From positions 20,602 to 84,601 of the forward strand of contig SVRV01000007.1 of the NCBI GenBank assembly GCA_015064635.1: DNA of 64,000 nucleotides, given 5' to 3'. A program made the position numbers and the translations under genes. This DNA is from Oscillospiraceae bacterium. Lineage in GTDB: Bacteria; Bacillota; Clostridia; Oscillospirales; SIG627. The notes under the pieces are model-generated. The model was not told the origin of the DNA and searched no databases. It saw only the letters and a program-made list of their open reading frames with translations. This document shows positions 54,285 to 64,000 of the stretch, in pieces. Positions within the stretch are counted from its first letter, which is position 1, and each line of letters begins with the position of its first letter.

Positions 54285-55048
54285 TCTTTTTTAGCCTTCT
54301 GCCCTATCTTATTTTCTGTTCTGTCCTTGAGACGTCTGATGTTGGAGCGGTGCATAACAATTACTATTACCGCAATGAGCACCGATATAACTGTGGAAAT
54401 AAAGCCTTGCGACTGGTCGAAGGCGTGAAGCAGCATAGGATAAAAGAACGCCGCTATAATAGAGCCCAGAGATATGTATTTTGAAGCACAAACGATTGAA
54501 ACAAACACAATTACAAGTATTGCAAAAACAACGGGATTGAGGCAGAGAATAGATATTGCCGCAACAGCAACGCCCTTACCGCCCTTGAATTTGTAGTAAA
54601 TGGGGAAAATGTGTCCGAGAATAGCAAAGAGTGCAGCAATATATGCTCCGCCCTCGCCCATTATAAGCATCGAACCGATAACCGCCACAACAGCCTTAAG
54701 ACCGTCGCAAATAAAGGTTATGATACCCCATTTTTTGCCGTATGTACGTGCCATATTGGTGGCACCTGCGTTACCGCTTCCGTATTTTCTCACGTCATCA
54801 TGATGGAATACCTTGGAAAGAATAACTGCGGAGTTAAGGCTTCCGATAAGATATGCCGCCACAGCACAAAGAAGTAATGCAACACCTGCAATCCAACCGC
54901 TGTCGGTTTCAAGAAGCTTTAACAGACACTGGTCATAATTGTATTCGTAATTCAAGACCTTTCCGTCAATACTGCTCACAATTTTTTCACCATATGGTAA
55001 ATTGTACTTGTTATAGAGATGTAAAAACAGATAACCGAATTTCATCAT
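54281..55048 (-). CDS. plsY: Glycerol-3-phosphate acyltransferase PlsY, apparently with a ~45-aa N-terminal extension
   Basis: The core YLIGSLNSAVILSK...GSGNAGATN is typical PlsY. The only in-frame ATG is the one overlapping the der stop (ATGA), so the N-terminal boundary is uncertain. Confidence 0.8.
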   Translation of the reverse strand: MMKFGYLFLHLYNKYNLPYGEKIVSSIDGKVLNYEYNYDQCLLKLLETDSGWIAGVALLLCAVAAYLIGSLNSAVILSKVFHHDDVRKYGSGNAGATNMARTYGKKWGIITFICDGLKAVVAVIGSMLIMGEGGAYIAALFAILGHIFPIYYKFKGGKGVAVAAISILCLNPVVFAILVIVFVSIVCASKYISLGSIIAAFFYPMLLHAFDQSQGFISTVISVLIAVIVIVMHRSNIRRLKDRTENKIGQKAKKE

Positions 55049-56373
55049 TTGTCATCACCTTTTTCTCTTATAATCAATCTTATGGGAGTGCCTTTAAATC
55101 CGAATGTATTTCTCAGGCAGTTTTCGATATATCTTTGATAGGAAAAGTGGAAAAGCTCAGCCTTGTTACAGAAAATAACAAACGTGGGAGGCTTTACACC
55201 TATCTGTGTCATATAGTATATTTTCAAAAACTTGCCCTTATCCGAGGGTGGCTGTACACGTGAGGTTGCTTCAGCCAGAACATCGTTGAGCATACCCGTG
55301 GATATACGGAGATTTGACTGTAAATTTACATAGTTTATGTGCTCAAAAAGTGTGTCCACTCTTTGACCTGTCTTTGCGGAAATAAATACAAGAGGAGCGT
55401 AGGTCATGTAAGAAAGCGCCTTGTACACCTCTTCGGTAAATTTCTTTGTGGTGCTGTTATCTTTGTCTATGGTGTCCCACTTGTTGACACAGATAACACT
55501 TGCCTTTCCTGCCTCGTGTGCAAGACCTGCAATTCTTTCGTCCTGGGCGGTAACACCCTCGTTTGCATCGACCATAATAAGGCAAACGTCACTCCGCTCA
55601 AGGGCAAGATTTGCTCTCAAAACACTGTATTTTTCAATTGAATCCTCAATTTTGGAATTACGTCTGATGCCTGCGGTGTCGATAAGGTTGTACTTTCCGT
55701 GCTCATTTTCAACAAATGAGTCAATGGCATCTCTTGTGGTACCTGCCACATCCGAAACAATTACTCTCTCCTCACCCAGAATCTTGTTGACAAGCGAGCT
55801 CTTACCCGCATTGGGCTTACCTATAACCGCAACCTTTATTGTGTCACTGTCCTCTTCCTCGGCTTCCTCGTCGGGGAAATAAGACACAACCTCGTCAAGT
55901 ATATCACCCGTTCCCGTTCCGTGAATGGAGGAAACTGCAATTGGATCATTTTCAAAACCAAGCTCATAGAACTCATAAAATTCCATAGGCGGTGCGCCCA
56001 CGCTGTCACATTTGTTGACAGCAAGCACTACCGGCTTGTTTGAACGCATAAGCATCTTTGCAATATCACGGTCTGCAGCTGTAACACCGGTTGTAACGTC
56101 TACCAGCATTATTATTACGTCTGCCGAGTCAATGGCTATCTGTGCCTGAGTAACAATGTGCTTGAGTATGACGTCATCCGTTTTAGGCTCGATACCGCCG
56201 GTATCAATAAGCGTCATTTTTTTAGAGCACCATTCGGTCTCATAGTATATTCTGTCTCTTGTAACGCCGGGAGTGTCCTGAACAATGGAAATACGTTCAC
56301 CCACTATCTTATTGAAGAAGGTGCTTTTTCCAACGTTAGGTCTTCCCACAATGGCAACTACGGGTTTGGACAT
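55045..56373 (-). CDS. der: Ribosome biogenesis GTPase Der (EngA)
   Basis: Two GTPase domains (GRPNVGKST and GKPNAGKSS). Confidence 0.92.
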   Translation of the reverse strand: MSKPVVAIVGRPNVGKSTFFNKIVGERISIVQDTPGVTRDRIYYETEWCSKKMTLIDTGGIEPKTDDVILKHIVTQAQIAIDSADVIIMLVDVTTGVTAADRDIAKMLMRSNKPVVLAVNKCDSVGAPPMEFYEFYELGFENDPIAVSSIHGTGTGDILDEVVSYFPDEEAEEEDSDTIKVAVIGKPNAGKSSLVNKILGEERVIVSDVAGTTRDAIDSFVENEHGKYNLIDTAGIRRNSKIEDSIEKYSVLRANLALERSDVCLIMVDANEGVTAQDERIAGLAHEAGKASVICVNKWDTIDKDNSTTKKFTEEVYKALSYMTYAPLVFISAKTGQRVDTLFEHINYVNLQSNLRISTGMLNDVLAEATSRVQPPSDKGKFLKIYYMTQIGVKPPTFVIFCNKAELFHFSYQRYIENCLRNTFGFKGTPIRLIIREKGDDK

Positions 56374-56395
56374 TGTCTGCCCCCCTTTTCTTTTC

Positions 56396-57688
56396 TTAAT
56401 CTATTATACCGTGTAAAAGGTCTTCGGCACCGTCGGTGGGAATAACCTTGACACCCAAAGCATTTTCCATTTCCTCAAGCGTCACGTCATCAAGGAATCT
56501 GTCTCCCTCATGGCGCAGTGCATTTCTCGGAATGAGAAGAGTCTCTCCAAGTGTCTTTCCCTTTAGCTGTGCTATGATGTCACCTCCGGTAAGAAGTCCC
56601 GAAACTGTCACGTTTTCACCGTAAAAATCGTTTCTTACCGCATATACATCACATTTTATATTATACCATATTTTTTTGATTTTTTCAACCTGCTTTACGA
56701 TAGTTTCATATGCCGCCATACCCGTTGCAATGCTGACGTGACGTGGCGTGCCTCCGTCTATACAATCATCCTTGCAAAAATCAAGTTCAAAATCCAAGTC
56801 GTCTGTGAATGAAGCTATCATTCCGACCCCGTTTTCAAGCTGCGGGTAACCCTCATAAAACTCTGTGGAAGGTATGGGACGTCCCGCCTTCAGATAAAAT
56901 TCATCCGATGCAAAGACAAGTCTGGTTCCGTGCTTTTCGAGGAAAGCCTCTCCAAGGCGCTCTACCGTTTCCACAACCTTTATGCAGTCGTCCTTGGAAA
57001 AGGGCTCAAGAGGATAAAGTCCCCTGCGGTATTTTGTAAGTCCCACCGGCACAACCGACACACTTTTAAGGCTGGGAACAAGAGCTTCAAGGTCTCGAAG
57101 ACTGCGTTCAAGCTCGTCACCGTCATTCACGCCCTTGCAAAGTACTATCTGCGCATTCAAATCTATGCCGCCGTCGGCAAGAATGTGCATTTGCTCAAGT
57201 ATTCTGCCCGCAAAGCGATTACCCAGCATTTTCTGTCTCAACTCGGGATTTGTCGCCTGGACGGAAACGTTAACGGGTGAAATGTGCATCTTTATAAGTC
57301 TTTCAAGCTCGGAATCGGGCACGTTGGTAAGTGTGACATAATTTCCGAACAAAAAGGCAAGTCTCGTGTCATCGTCCTTAAAGTAAATACTCTCTCTCAT
57401 GCCGTGAGGATTCTGGTCAATGAAGCAGAAAATGCACTTATTGCGGCAGGACTCCTGCTTATCCATAAGGTAGGTTTCAAACTCAAGTCCTATATCGTCG
57501 TATTCGTCTTTTTTTATTGTTACGTCCCTTGTGTCAAGAGAAACTGTAACCGTCTTTTCGCAAATGTAAAAACGGTAATCCAATATATCACGAATGGTAT
57601 GACCGTTTACGGCAACAAGCTTTTCTCCTGCCTTGATACCCTTTTTATCGGCGTATGATCCGGGCACTACGTTCTTTATTTCTATCAT
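56396..57688 (-). CDS. DUF512 radical-SAM-like protein with N-terminal PDZ
   Basis: 430 aa with CRNKCIFC (Cx3Cx2C). This family commonly sits upstream of der in Clostridia. Confidence 0.75.
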   Translation of the reverse strand: MIEIKNVVPGSYADKKGIKAGEKLVAVNGHTIRDILDYRFYICEKTVTVSLDTRDVTIKKDEYDDIGLEFETYLMDKQESCRNKCIFCFIDQNPHGMRESIYFKDDDTRLAFLFGNYVTLTNVPDSELERLIKMHISPVNVSVQATNPELRQKMLGNRFAGRILEQMHILADGGIDLNAQIVLCKGVNDGDELERSLRDLEALVPSLKSVSVVPVGLTKYRRGLYPLEPFSKDDCIKVVETVERLGEAFLEKHGTRLVFASDEFYLKAGRPIPSTEFYEGYPQLENGVGMIASFTDDLDFELDFCKDDCIDGGTPRHVSIATGMAAYETIVKQVEKIKKIWYNIKCDVYAVRNDFYGENVTVSGLLTGGDIIAQLKGKTLGETLLIPRNALRHEGDRFLDDVTLEEMENALGVKVIPTDGAEDLLHGIID

Positions 57689-57717
57689 AAAACACCTATA
57701 TAATGAGAATAAACAGT

Positions 57718-57750
57718 AAAAAATATGCCATACCGCCTGCGGTATGGCAT
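57718..57750 (-). terminator. Rho-independent terminator after rpmF
   Basis: 10-bp stem ATGCCATACC / GGTATGGCAT with a T tract in the minus sense. Confidence 0.75.
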
Positions 57751-57764
57751 GATTTTCGTTCCTA

Positions 57765-57944
57765 TCAGTTCTGCTTTATGACTTCCTCGCCATTGTAAGA
57801 ACCGCACTTTGAACAAACTCTGTGAGGAAGGTTGTACTCTCCACACTTAGGGCACGCTGAAAGTCCGGGAACCTTAAGCTTCCAAACGCTTGAACGTCTC
57901 TTATTCTGTCTCTGACTTGATACTTTTCTCTTCGGTACTGCCAT
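57765..57944 (-). CDS. rpmF: 50S ribosomal protein L32
   Basis: [17 protein letters not shown] start (ATG 57944). CxxC..CxxC zinc ribbon. Confidence 0.92.
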   Translation of the reverse strand: MAVPKRKVSSQRQNKRRSSVWKLKVPGLSACPKCGEYNLPHRVCSKCGSYNGEEVIKQN

Positions 57945-57993
57945 CTTACTTGACACCTCCTCATTCTATATATTAGATATAGTTATTACTTTT

Positions 57994-58509
57994 TTATTCC
58001 TCGTCGAAGAAATGCTCAAGAATACTCCAACGGGGGTCCTTCTCTACCCTCACACAGCCGCAGTCACCGAGGTTCAGATCGGCACCGCACTTGTTACAGA
58101 GACCCTTACAGTCCTCATCGCATATGTGGGAAATCGGAAGATTTAAAATTATGTTCTCCCTAACAAGCTCGCCAAGATTCATGAGCCCGTTTTCGGGAAT
58201 GAGATACTCGTCATTGTCCATATTCTCAAGACTTTCCGCAATTGGATACTTGATATCAAGCTCCATTTTTTCGGACAGCGGCTTGAGACATCTTGCACAG
58301 ACTGTATCGTAATTTACGGTCAGCTTTGCCGAGAGTTCAATATATCCCGACATATTTACTGCTTTGCCTTCGATTCGGGGGGATTGAAGAAAGGTTACGT
58401 CCTGCTCGTCCTCAATTGAAACAGACGAGTCAATAACAATCTCTCTTACATCGCCTCGGAGCAAACCCGAAACATCCAGCATTAAGGAATTGTTAACTGA
58501 TTGTTCCAT
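57994..58509 (-). CDS. yceD: YceD / DUF177 family protein
   Basis: Acidic protein with paired Cys motifs, directly upstream of rpmF. ATG 58509 is preferred over TTG 58512. Confidence 0.8.
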   Translation of the reverse strand: MEQSVNNSLMLDVSGLLRGDVREIVIDSSVSIEDEQDVTFLQSPRIEGKAVNMSGYIELSAKLTVNYDTVCARCLKPLSEKMELDIKYPIAESLENMDNDEYLIPENGLMNLGELVRENIILNLPISHICDEDCKGLCNKCGADLNLGDCGCVRVEKDPRWSILEHFFDEE

Positions 58510-58552
58510 CAAAACCTCTTTCGCAGGTATTCAGCGAAAAACCGCAATGTAT

Positions 58553-58581
58553 ATTATACACACGGCTTTTCTTTTTGTCAA
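58553..58581 (-). promoter_or_regulatory. Consensus sigma-A promoter TTGACA-17-TATAAT for yceD-rpmF
   Basis: Minus-strand reading TTGACAaaaagaaaagccgtgtgTATAAT. Confidence 0.7.
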
Positions 58582-58617
58582 TATTTATTTTGATTTTTTA
58601 TTGATTTTTTACAAAAA

Positions 58618-60372
58618 TTATTGATTTTTCTTCTTGTTAGCTTCAATTTCAGCCTGCTTACGCTTGTTCTCTTCTTCGATAAGAATCTTGTTTGACTCTT
58701 CGTAATCGTCGAGATCTGCTTCTGTAAAGATTGTGTATCCGTAGCCTGACACCTCAAGGTCATCAAGTCTGTCGGATGCAAGGTAAGCATTTACGTTGAA
58801 GTGAAGAGGAGCAATGGGACAAAGGTCAACAAGCTTCTTTTCAGCATCGTGGAGAAGCTTAATTCTCTTCTCTACATCCATTGTCTTGAAGATATTGTCG
58901 ATAAGCTTGTTGTAATCCGCATCGTCAAGTCCTGTTACGTGTGTAGCTGTTCTTACATCGCTGTTGATGTCGATAGCCTCACCGCTGTACTCCTTAGCGA
59001 AGGGAGCAAGGAATGAGAATGCATCGGGAGTAAGTCCCTGATAGTCGATACCGATAACATCGAAGTTACCTGTATAAAGCTTGTTGGTATAGTTTCTTCC
59101 GCCGCCTGATGAAAGCTTAACCTTGAAGCCGAGAGATTCCCAAACTTCCTTGGTGTACTTTGCAATTTCAACGTCTGCTGTATCACGGAGTGTATAAATC
59201 TCAATGGTATAATCGGAAGCCTTGATTCCCGACTTTGCAATGAGGTCCTTTGCCTTCTTAACATCGGCACTTGTCTTGACAAGGTCGCCGCCCTCTTCTC
59301 TGAAGGAATCGTCTGTATCCTCATCATGTACGCCGTAGGTTACAATACCTGTTGCAGGCTTAACACCCTTACCGGAAATGCTTGCAATCTTGTTTCTGTC
59401 AAGAGAAATACTGAGTGCCTGTCTTACCTGCTTGTTATCAAAGGGAGCCTTTGTTGTGTTGAAGAAGTAGGAATATACAGACATAAGGTCTGTTACCTCC
59501 ATATCGTCCTCGTTCTTCGCATAGGTTTCCTTTGTAAAGTTACTGATATAGTAAATGTCACCCTTGTTGAACTTTTCCATCTGCTCTTCTGCAGAAATAG
59601 TAAAGTCCTGCTGAAGCTTCCAGGGGCTTACTATTTCGTATACAGCGGAATCGCTTTCCTTCTGACGTCTGTATACGGGGTTTCTCTGGAAGGTTACGCT
59701 TTCACCCATGATAAAGTTCTTGAGTGTAAAGGGACCGTTTGCTGCAAAGTGGTCAAGAGATGCCGACCATGTGTCCTCACGTCCGTAAACGTTATCCTCA
59801 CGCTGTGCAACAAGTGCGGGGCTGGATACGTTTTCAAGGAAAAGGTCAAGGTCAAAGGGACCTTCAAACTCAACCTTGAGAAGTGTGTCACTCTCGGCGT
59901 ATACACCAAGGTCATCGGCTGTAACGTCACCTGCTTTGTATGCCTTTGCATTCTTTATTCCGTAAAGGAGACAAGCAGCAGGGCTTGAGGTGGTGGGAGA
60001 GAGAATTCTTCTCCAAGCATATACAAAGTCATCTGCCTGTACATACTTTTCGTCATCCCATGATGTTTCGTCTTCGAGCTCGAAGTAAAGCCAGTACTCA
60101 CCTCTTGCTTCGTCGATGTCGGTATACCATTCCTTGGCAATACCTTCCTGAACATCTCCGTCCTCATCTAAAACGGTAAGACCTTCATAAAGAAGACCTG
60201 TGTTCATAACAAGTTCTGAATCGTAGATCATAGGAACAGGGTCATATGCTTTCATTTCCTTTGAAATGGCAACGGGCATAATGGCACCCTTGTCCTCGGG
60301 GTCGACAGCACATCCCGAAAGAGTAGCTGCCAGCATCAGACATACGAGAATGAGTGATACTAATTTCTTCAT
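58618..60372 (-). CDS. ABC transporter substrate-binding lipoprotein (family 5, peptide/nickel type)
   Basis: 584 aa with lipobox LSGCAV and SBP_bac_5-like length and motifs. Has a Lys/Glu-rich C-terminal tail. No permease or ATPase genes are adjacent. Confidence 0.75.
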   Translation of the reverse strand: MKKLVSLILVCLMLAATLSGCAVDPEDKGAIMPVAISKEMKAYDPVPMIYDSELVMNTGLLYEGLTVLDEDGDVQEGIAKEWYTDIDEARGEYWLYFELEDETSWDDEKYVQADDFVYAWRRILSPTTSSPAACLLYGIKNAKAYKAGDVTADDLGVYAESDTLLKVEFEGPFDLDLFLENVSSPALVAQREDNVYGREDTWSASLDHFAANGPFTLKNFIMGESVTFQRNPVYRRQKESDSAVYEIVSPWKLQQDFTISAEEQMEKFNKGDIYYISNFTKETYAKNEDDMEVTDLMSVYSYFFNTTKAPFDNKQVRQALSISLDRNKIASISGKGVKPATGIVTYGVHDEDTDDSFREEGGDLVKTSADVKKAKDLIAKSGIKASDYTIEIYTLRDTADVEIAKYTKEVWESLGFKVKLSSGGGRNYTNKLYTGNFDVIGIDYQGLTPDAFSFLAPFAKEYSGEAIDINSDVRTATHVTGLDDADYNKLIDNIFKTMDVEKRIKLLHDAEKKLVDLCPIAPLHFNVNAYLASDRLDDLEVSGYGYTIFTEADLDDYEESNKILIEEENKRKQAEIEANKKKNQ

Positions 60373-60450
60373 AATTTTCCTCCTGAAAAGATAGTGTTAC
60401 TCGGGAGTATAAACATATACGCCCACTTCTCACGCAATAATTCACAATGT

Positions 60451-60479
60451 ATTGTATCATAAACCCCTTTTTTTTGCAA
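60451..60479 (-). promoter_or_regulatory. Sigma-A promoter TTGCAA-17-TACAAT (TGn) for the SBP gene
   Basis: Minus-strand reading TTGCAAaaaaaaggggtttaTGaTACAAT. Confidence 0.5.
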
Positions 60480-60682
60480 GATAATTTTTAAGTTTTTCTT
60501 AATTGCACAATACTTTTTTTCATTTTTGCACACTTTCACCAAACATACTCGCCGCAAAAAAGGAAAAGTATTAATTTTCGGTTAACAAAAGAAGACTTTT
60601 TTCTGTCAAATGTGCACAATGCGGAATATTATGTAAAGAACCCAAAGCGGTGTTCAATACTTTTCCCGAAAGGAGTAAATCT

Positions 60683-61246
60683 ATGGATTCTGCAACTCTT
60701 TTGCCAATCCTTCTGGCTCTTGGCCTTATTATAATTCCCGAGCTCTCGGGCAAGAATTCCTCCTGTGCCTGCAACACGTCCGGCTCCTGCAACACCGTGC
60801 GTCCTCAAAACAGCGGATGCAACTGCAATACCTGCCCCGACAACACACCCTGCGGTTGTGAAAACGGAGGCTCCGCCATCGTAACACGCTGCAGTGACGG
60901 AAACGTGGACCTTTGCGGAGTACGCTTCAAAAACTCGCCCGAAGAATTCTGCCCTTGCAGACTTCAGGAGCTTCAGGACCTTGCCGACAACGGATATGAA
61001 GCATGGAGACTCGACCCCGTTGCGGTTGCGGCAAGATTTATGCAAAACTGCTTCATCGACGAATGCTTCAGAGGCTACCCCTCTTATCTTGCGGGCAAAT
61101 GCCGCACCTGCGACAAGACCTACGTGGTTCTCGGCGTAGGCTGTGCGGGTAAGATGATATTTGAGCTTTGTCAGCCCGTGAAGCAGGGTGAATGCGGTAT
61201 ATGGATAGTTACAAGGTACGGAAGATACAACAATTGCAACTGCTGA
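60683..61246 (+). CDS. Membrane-anchored cysteine-rich protein of unknown function
   Basis: Start at MDSATLLPILLALGLII (ATG 60683, AAAGGAG RBS). One N-terminal TM segment. 22 Cys in 187 aa, including the CACNTSGSCNT...CNCNTCPDNTPCGC cluster and a C-terminal NNCNC. Confidence 0.65.
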   Translation: MDSATLLPILLALGLIIIPELSGKNSSCACNTSGSCNTVRPQNSGCNCNTCPDNTPCGCENGGSAIVTRCSDGNVDLCGVRFKNSPEEFCPCRLQELQDLADNGYEAWRLDPVAVAARFMQNCFIDECFRGYPSYLAGKCRTCDKTYVVLGVGCAGKMIFELCQPVKQGECGIWIVTRYGRYNNCNC

Positions 61247-61302
61247 CAGTATTCCGCTGACTCATACTTTTGCCTGTATTAAAAGCCGCCGAGCCTTATA
61301 CT

Positions 61303-61341
61303 CCGCCAAGAGTGTAATGCCTTGGCGGCTTTCGTTTTTTT
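61303..61341 (+). terminator. Rho-independent terminator
   Basis: CCGCCAAGagtgtaatgCTTGGCGG followed by CTTTCGTTTTTTT. Confidence 0.8.
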
Positions 61342-61458
61342 GCCTAAAAAAACAGCCTGTTATCACCATTTTATGTTGACTTTTCAAGGTTAATATGTTA
61401 TTATATAATGTAATGTTTTACAAATTTCGGAATATTTTTGGAATACGGTTTTAAAAAA

Positions 61459-61983
61459 ATGATAATATTAGGAATAGACCCGGGTATTGCCACCGTCGGA
61501 TGGGGCGTGGTCAGTCTTGAAAAGGGCTGCTTCAGGTACATAGACTGCGGCACCGTCAATACATCTGCCGGCACAAGAGTCGAGAGACGTCTTTTTCTCG
61601 TTCACAGTGCTATCAAGGATATTATAACACGCTATACTCCCGATGAGATATCCATAGAGGAGCTGTTTTTCAATAGCAACCAGAAGACAGCAATTAACGT
61701 GGCTCAATCTCGAGGCGTTATACTTCTTGCGGCAGAGGAAAGCCGTGTACCTGTTTTTGAGTACACTCCCTTACAGGTAAAGCTTGCAATGGTAGGCTAC
61801 GGCAGAGCGGAAAAGAAGCAGGTAATGGAAATGACCCGCATGTTTTTAAGACTGGACAAAATGCCAAAGCCCGACGATGCGGCGGACGCACTTGCTCTCG
61901 CCATCTGTCACGGGCACTCCAGAAGCAGTAAAATGCGTGACCTTAACACCATAAAATATTCCAAGAAGACAGGCGGAAACTGA
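61459..61983 (+). CDS. ruvC: Crossover junction endodeoxyribonuclease RuvC
   Basis: MIILGIDPGIATVGWG start at ATG 61459. Confidence 0.9.
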   Translation: MIILGIDPGIATVGWGVVSLEKGCFRYIDCGTVNTSAGTRVERRLFLVHSAIKDIITRYTPDEISIEELFFNSNQKTAINVAQSRGVILLAAEESRVPVFEYTPLQVKLAMVGYGRAEKKQVMEMTRMFLRLDKMPKPDDAADALALAICHGHSRSSKMRDLNTIKYSKKTGGN

Positions 61984-61984
61984 T

Positions 61985-62587
61985 ATGTACTACTATATTT
62001 CCGGCAAGCTCGTCCATGTTGGACGCGGAACTTGTGTTGTGGACAATAACGGAATAGGCTATGAGCTGAGTGTCAGCGACAAAACCGCAGGCAAGCTCCA
62101 GGGCTCTGACGGAGATGTCCGTCTTTATACTTACTTTCACGTCAAGGAAGATGCTCATGAGCTTTACGGCTTTTCGAGCATTGATGAAAAAAGGATATTC
62201 GAAATGCTTATTGCCATATCGGGCGTAGGACCGAAGGCGGCAATGGCTATACTGTCGGCTCTCACGCCAAATGACTTTACTCTTGCAGTAATGTCGGAGG
62301 ATGCAAAGGCTATATCTGCGGCGCAGGGAATCGGCACAAGGACAGCACAGAAGATAATTCTGGAGCTTCGTGACAAGCTTTCAAGGGAGGATTTCACTTC
62401 GGCTCCCTCTTCAAAGGCACCGTCCGTTCCTCAAAAGACAAGTGCTGTGCAGGATGCGCTTATGTCTCTTGAGGCACTTGGCTACACCAGAAGCGAGGCA
62501 ATGCGTGCCATGAGCGTTGAAGGAAGCGAAAATATGTCTGTTGAGGAGCTTATCAGAGCGGCACTCAAGAGACTTACCAAACAGTAA
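61985..62587 (+). CDS. ruvA: Holliday junction DNA helicase RuvA
   Basis: 200 aa with HhH motifs (ISGVGPKAA, GIGTRTAQKI). Confidence 0.9.
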   Translation: MYYYISGKLVHVGRGTCVVDNNGIGYELSVSDKTAGKLQGSDGDVRLYTYFHVKEDAHELYGFSSIDEKRIFEMLIAISGVGPKAAMAILSALTPNDFTLAVMSEDAKAISAAQGIGTRTAQKIILELRDKLSREDFTSAPSSKAPSVPQKTSAVQDALMSLEALGYTRSEAMRAMSVEGSENMSVEELIRAALKRLTKQ

Positions 62588-62599
62588 CGGGGGCAGAAA

Positions 62600-63679
62600 A
62601 TGAGAAACGATTACAACTTTGATGCTGAGGATAACAGTCTTGACGATTACAGACTCATATCCACAGCGGAAATCGAAGAAGACAGCACACTGGGCGAAAA
62701 CTCTCTGCGTCCCGAAACACTTGAAGAATACATAGGGCAGGAAAAAGCCAAGGAAAGTCTCAGAATCTCCATCGAAGCGGCAAAGCTTCGTGAGGAAGCT
62801 CTTGACCACATATTGCTCTATGGCCCTCCCGGACTCGGAAAAACAACACTTTCGGCGATAATTGCCAACGAAATGGGTGTTAATCTCAGAATCACCTCAG
62901 GTCCTGCCATTGAAAAGCAGGGGGACCTTGCCGCACTCCTTTCAAACCTCGGACGCGGTGACGTTCTCTTTATCGACGAAATACACAGACTGAGCCGTAA
63001 TATTGAGGAAATACTTTACCCCGCAATGGAGGACTATGCCCTTGACATAATTATCGGCACAGGTCCTGCCGCAAGAAGCATACGAATACCCCTTGAACAC
63101 TTTACACTCATAGGTGCCACCACAAGAGCGGGACAGCTCTCGGCACCGCTCAGAGACCGTTTCGGCGTAATACACCGTCTTGAACTCTATACAGACGAGG
63201 AGCTTTGCAAAATAGTTGAGCGAAGCGCAGGAATACTCGGAATAGAAACTACCCATGACGGTGCTTTGGAAATTGCAAGAAGAAGCAGAGGCACTCCGAG
63301 AATCGCAAACCGTCTTTTAAAACGTGTGCGTGACTGGGCACAGGTTAAAGGAGAAGGAATAATCGATAGGGCAACTGCCGACGCCTCCTTGAATATGCTT
63401 GAAATAGATGCTCTGGGGCTTGACAACACAGACAGAAGAATGCTTCTGTCCATAATCAAAAACTTTAGCGGTGGCCCTGTGGGACTTGAGACACTTGCGG
63501 CGGTCATCGGCGAAGAATCCGTTACTATCGAAGACGTGTATGAGCCCTATCTTATGCAAATAGGCTTCCTTGCCCGCACACCGAGAGGAAGGTGCGTGAC
63601 AAAGGCGGCATATGACCATCTTGGTTGCTCTTACACGGATAATGGAGCAAGCTCGCAGGTGTCAATTGATGATGCCTGA
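62600..63679 (+). CDS. ruvB: Holliday junction DNA helicase RuvB
   Basis: 359 aa with GPPGLGKTT Walker A. Confidence 0.92.
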   Translation: MRNDYNFDAEDNSLDDYRLISTAEIEEDSTLGENSLRPETLEEYIGQEKAKESLRISIEAAKLREEALDHILLYGPPGLGKTTLSAIIANEMGVNLRITSGPAIEKQGDLAALLSNLGRGDVLFIDEIHRLSRNIEEILYPAMEDYALDIIIGTGPAARSIRIPLEHFTLIGATTRAGQLSAPLRDRFGVIHRLELYTDEELCKIVERSAGILGIETTHDGALEIARRSRGTPRIANRLLKRVRDWAQVKGEGIIDRATADASLNMLEIDALGLDNTDRRMLLSIIKNFSGGPVGLETLAAVIGEESVTIEDVYEPYLMQIGFLARTPRGRCVTKAAYDHLGCSYTDNGASSQVSIDDA

Positions 63680-63699
63680 GCCTTCAGGAAAGGACAAGA

Positions 63700-64000
63700 A
63701 TGGCAAAAACAAAAAAACAAAAGCTTAAGATCACGCCGCTGGGCGGCATCGGCGAGGTTGGAAAGAATCTTACCGTGGTGGAATACGGTGATGACATTAT
63801 CATCATCGACTGCGGTCTCGGATTCCCCGACGATGATATGCTGGGTATCGACCTGGTTATCCCCGACGTAACATACCTTGAAAAAAACGTTGAAAAAATA
63901 CGTGCAATCTTTTTAACACACGGTCACGAGGACCATATAGGTGCTATCCCATATCTCCTCAAAAGCATAAACGTACCCATATACGCAACACAGCTCACTT
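63700..64000 (+). CDS. rnj: Ribonuclease J (5' part, truncated by window end)
   Basis: [23 protein letters not shown]...[13 protein letters not shown], a metallo-beta-lactamase motif. Not in the ORF track because it has no stop in the window. Confidence 0.85.
   Translation, partial: MAKTKKQKLKITPLGGIGEVGKNLTVVEYGDDIIIIDCGLGFPDDDMLGIDLVIPDVTYLEKNVEKIRAIFLTHGHEDHIGAIPYLLKSINVPIYATQLT

Noticed and set aside
1-64000. Search for tRNA, rRNA, IS elements, integrases, prophage or plasmid genes
   Set aside because: None were recognised by eye. All sizeable gaps are accounted for by promoters, terminators or the mosaic hairpin repeats.

Overview
The gene content and protein style suggest a chromosomal segment from a Clostridia-type Firmicute, possibly Oscillospiraceae or Ruminococcus-like; this placement is inference only. 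Most of the window is conserved housekeeping. It carries an argC-argJ-argB-argD-argF operon, a glgB-C-D-A-P glycogen operon plus a GH13 enzyme, and pyrH-frr-uppS-cdsA-dxr-rseP-ispG-polC. It also carries ispE-plsY-der-DUF512, yceD-rpmF, ruvCAB and the 5' end of RNase J. Accessory genes include a 1505-aa BNR/Asp-box plus Big_2 secreted protein, a DUF4838 protein, GH43, pnuC, and a HAD / FAD-oxidoreductase / macro-HTH / vWA operon. I saw no rRNA, tRNA, CRISPR array, transposase, integrase or phage genes. Two things stand out. First, a five-gene minus-strand surface-protein operon at 1..7137 contains an edge-truncated ORF and a 45-aa ORF, both missing from the supplied track. It encodes two giant secreted proteins that share a ~135-aa module, an SLH anchor that is almost entirely stalk, a cytoplasmic HprK-like P-loop protein, and the acidic peptide. 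I cannot match this combination to any described system. Second, a family of modular intergenic hairpin arrays occurs at 5 clear loci, with related units at two more. Each array begins at a stop codon. The hairpins vary and show compensatory changes, and they are separated by a conserved GTGAAAT linker. At some loci the element ends in a shared 5' UTR and RBS cassette that supplies the translation start of unrelated genes. All product calls come from motif reading by eye; no database search was possible.
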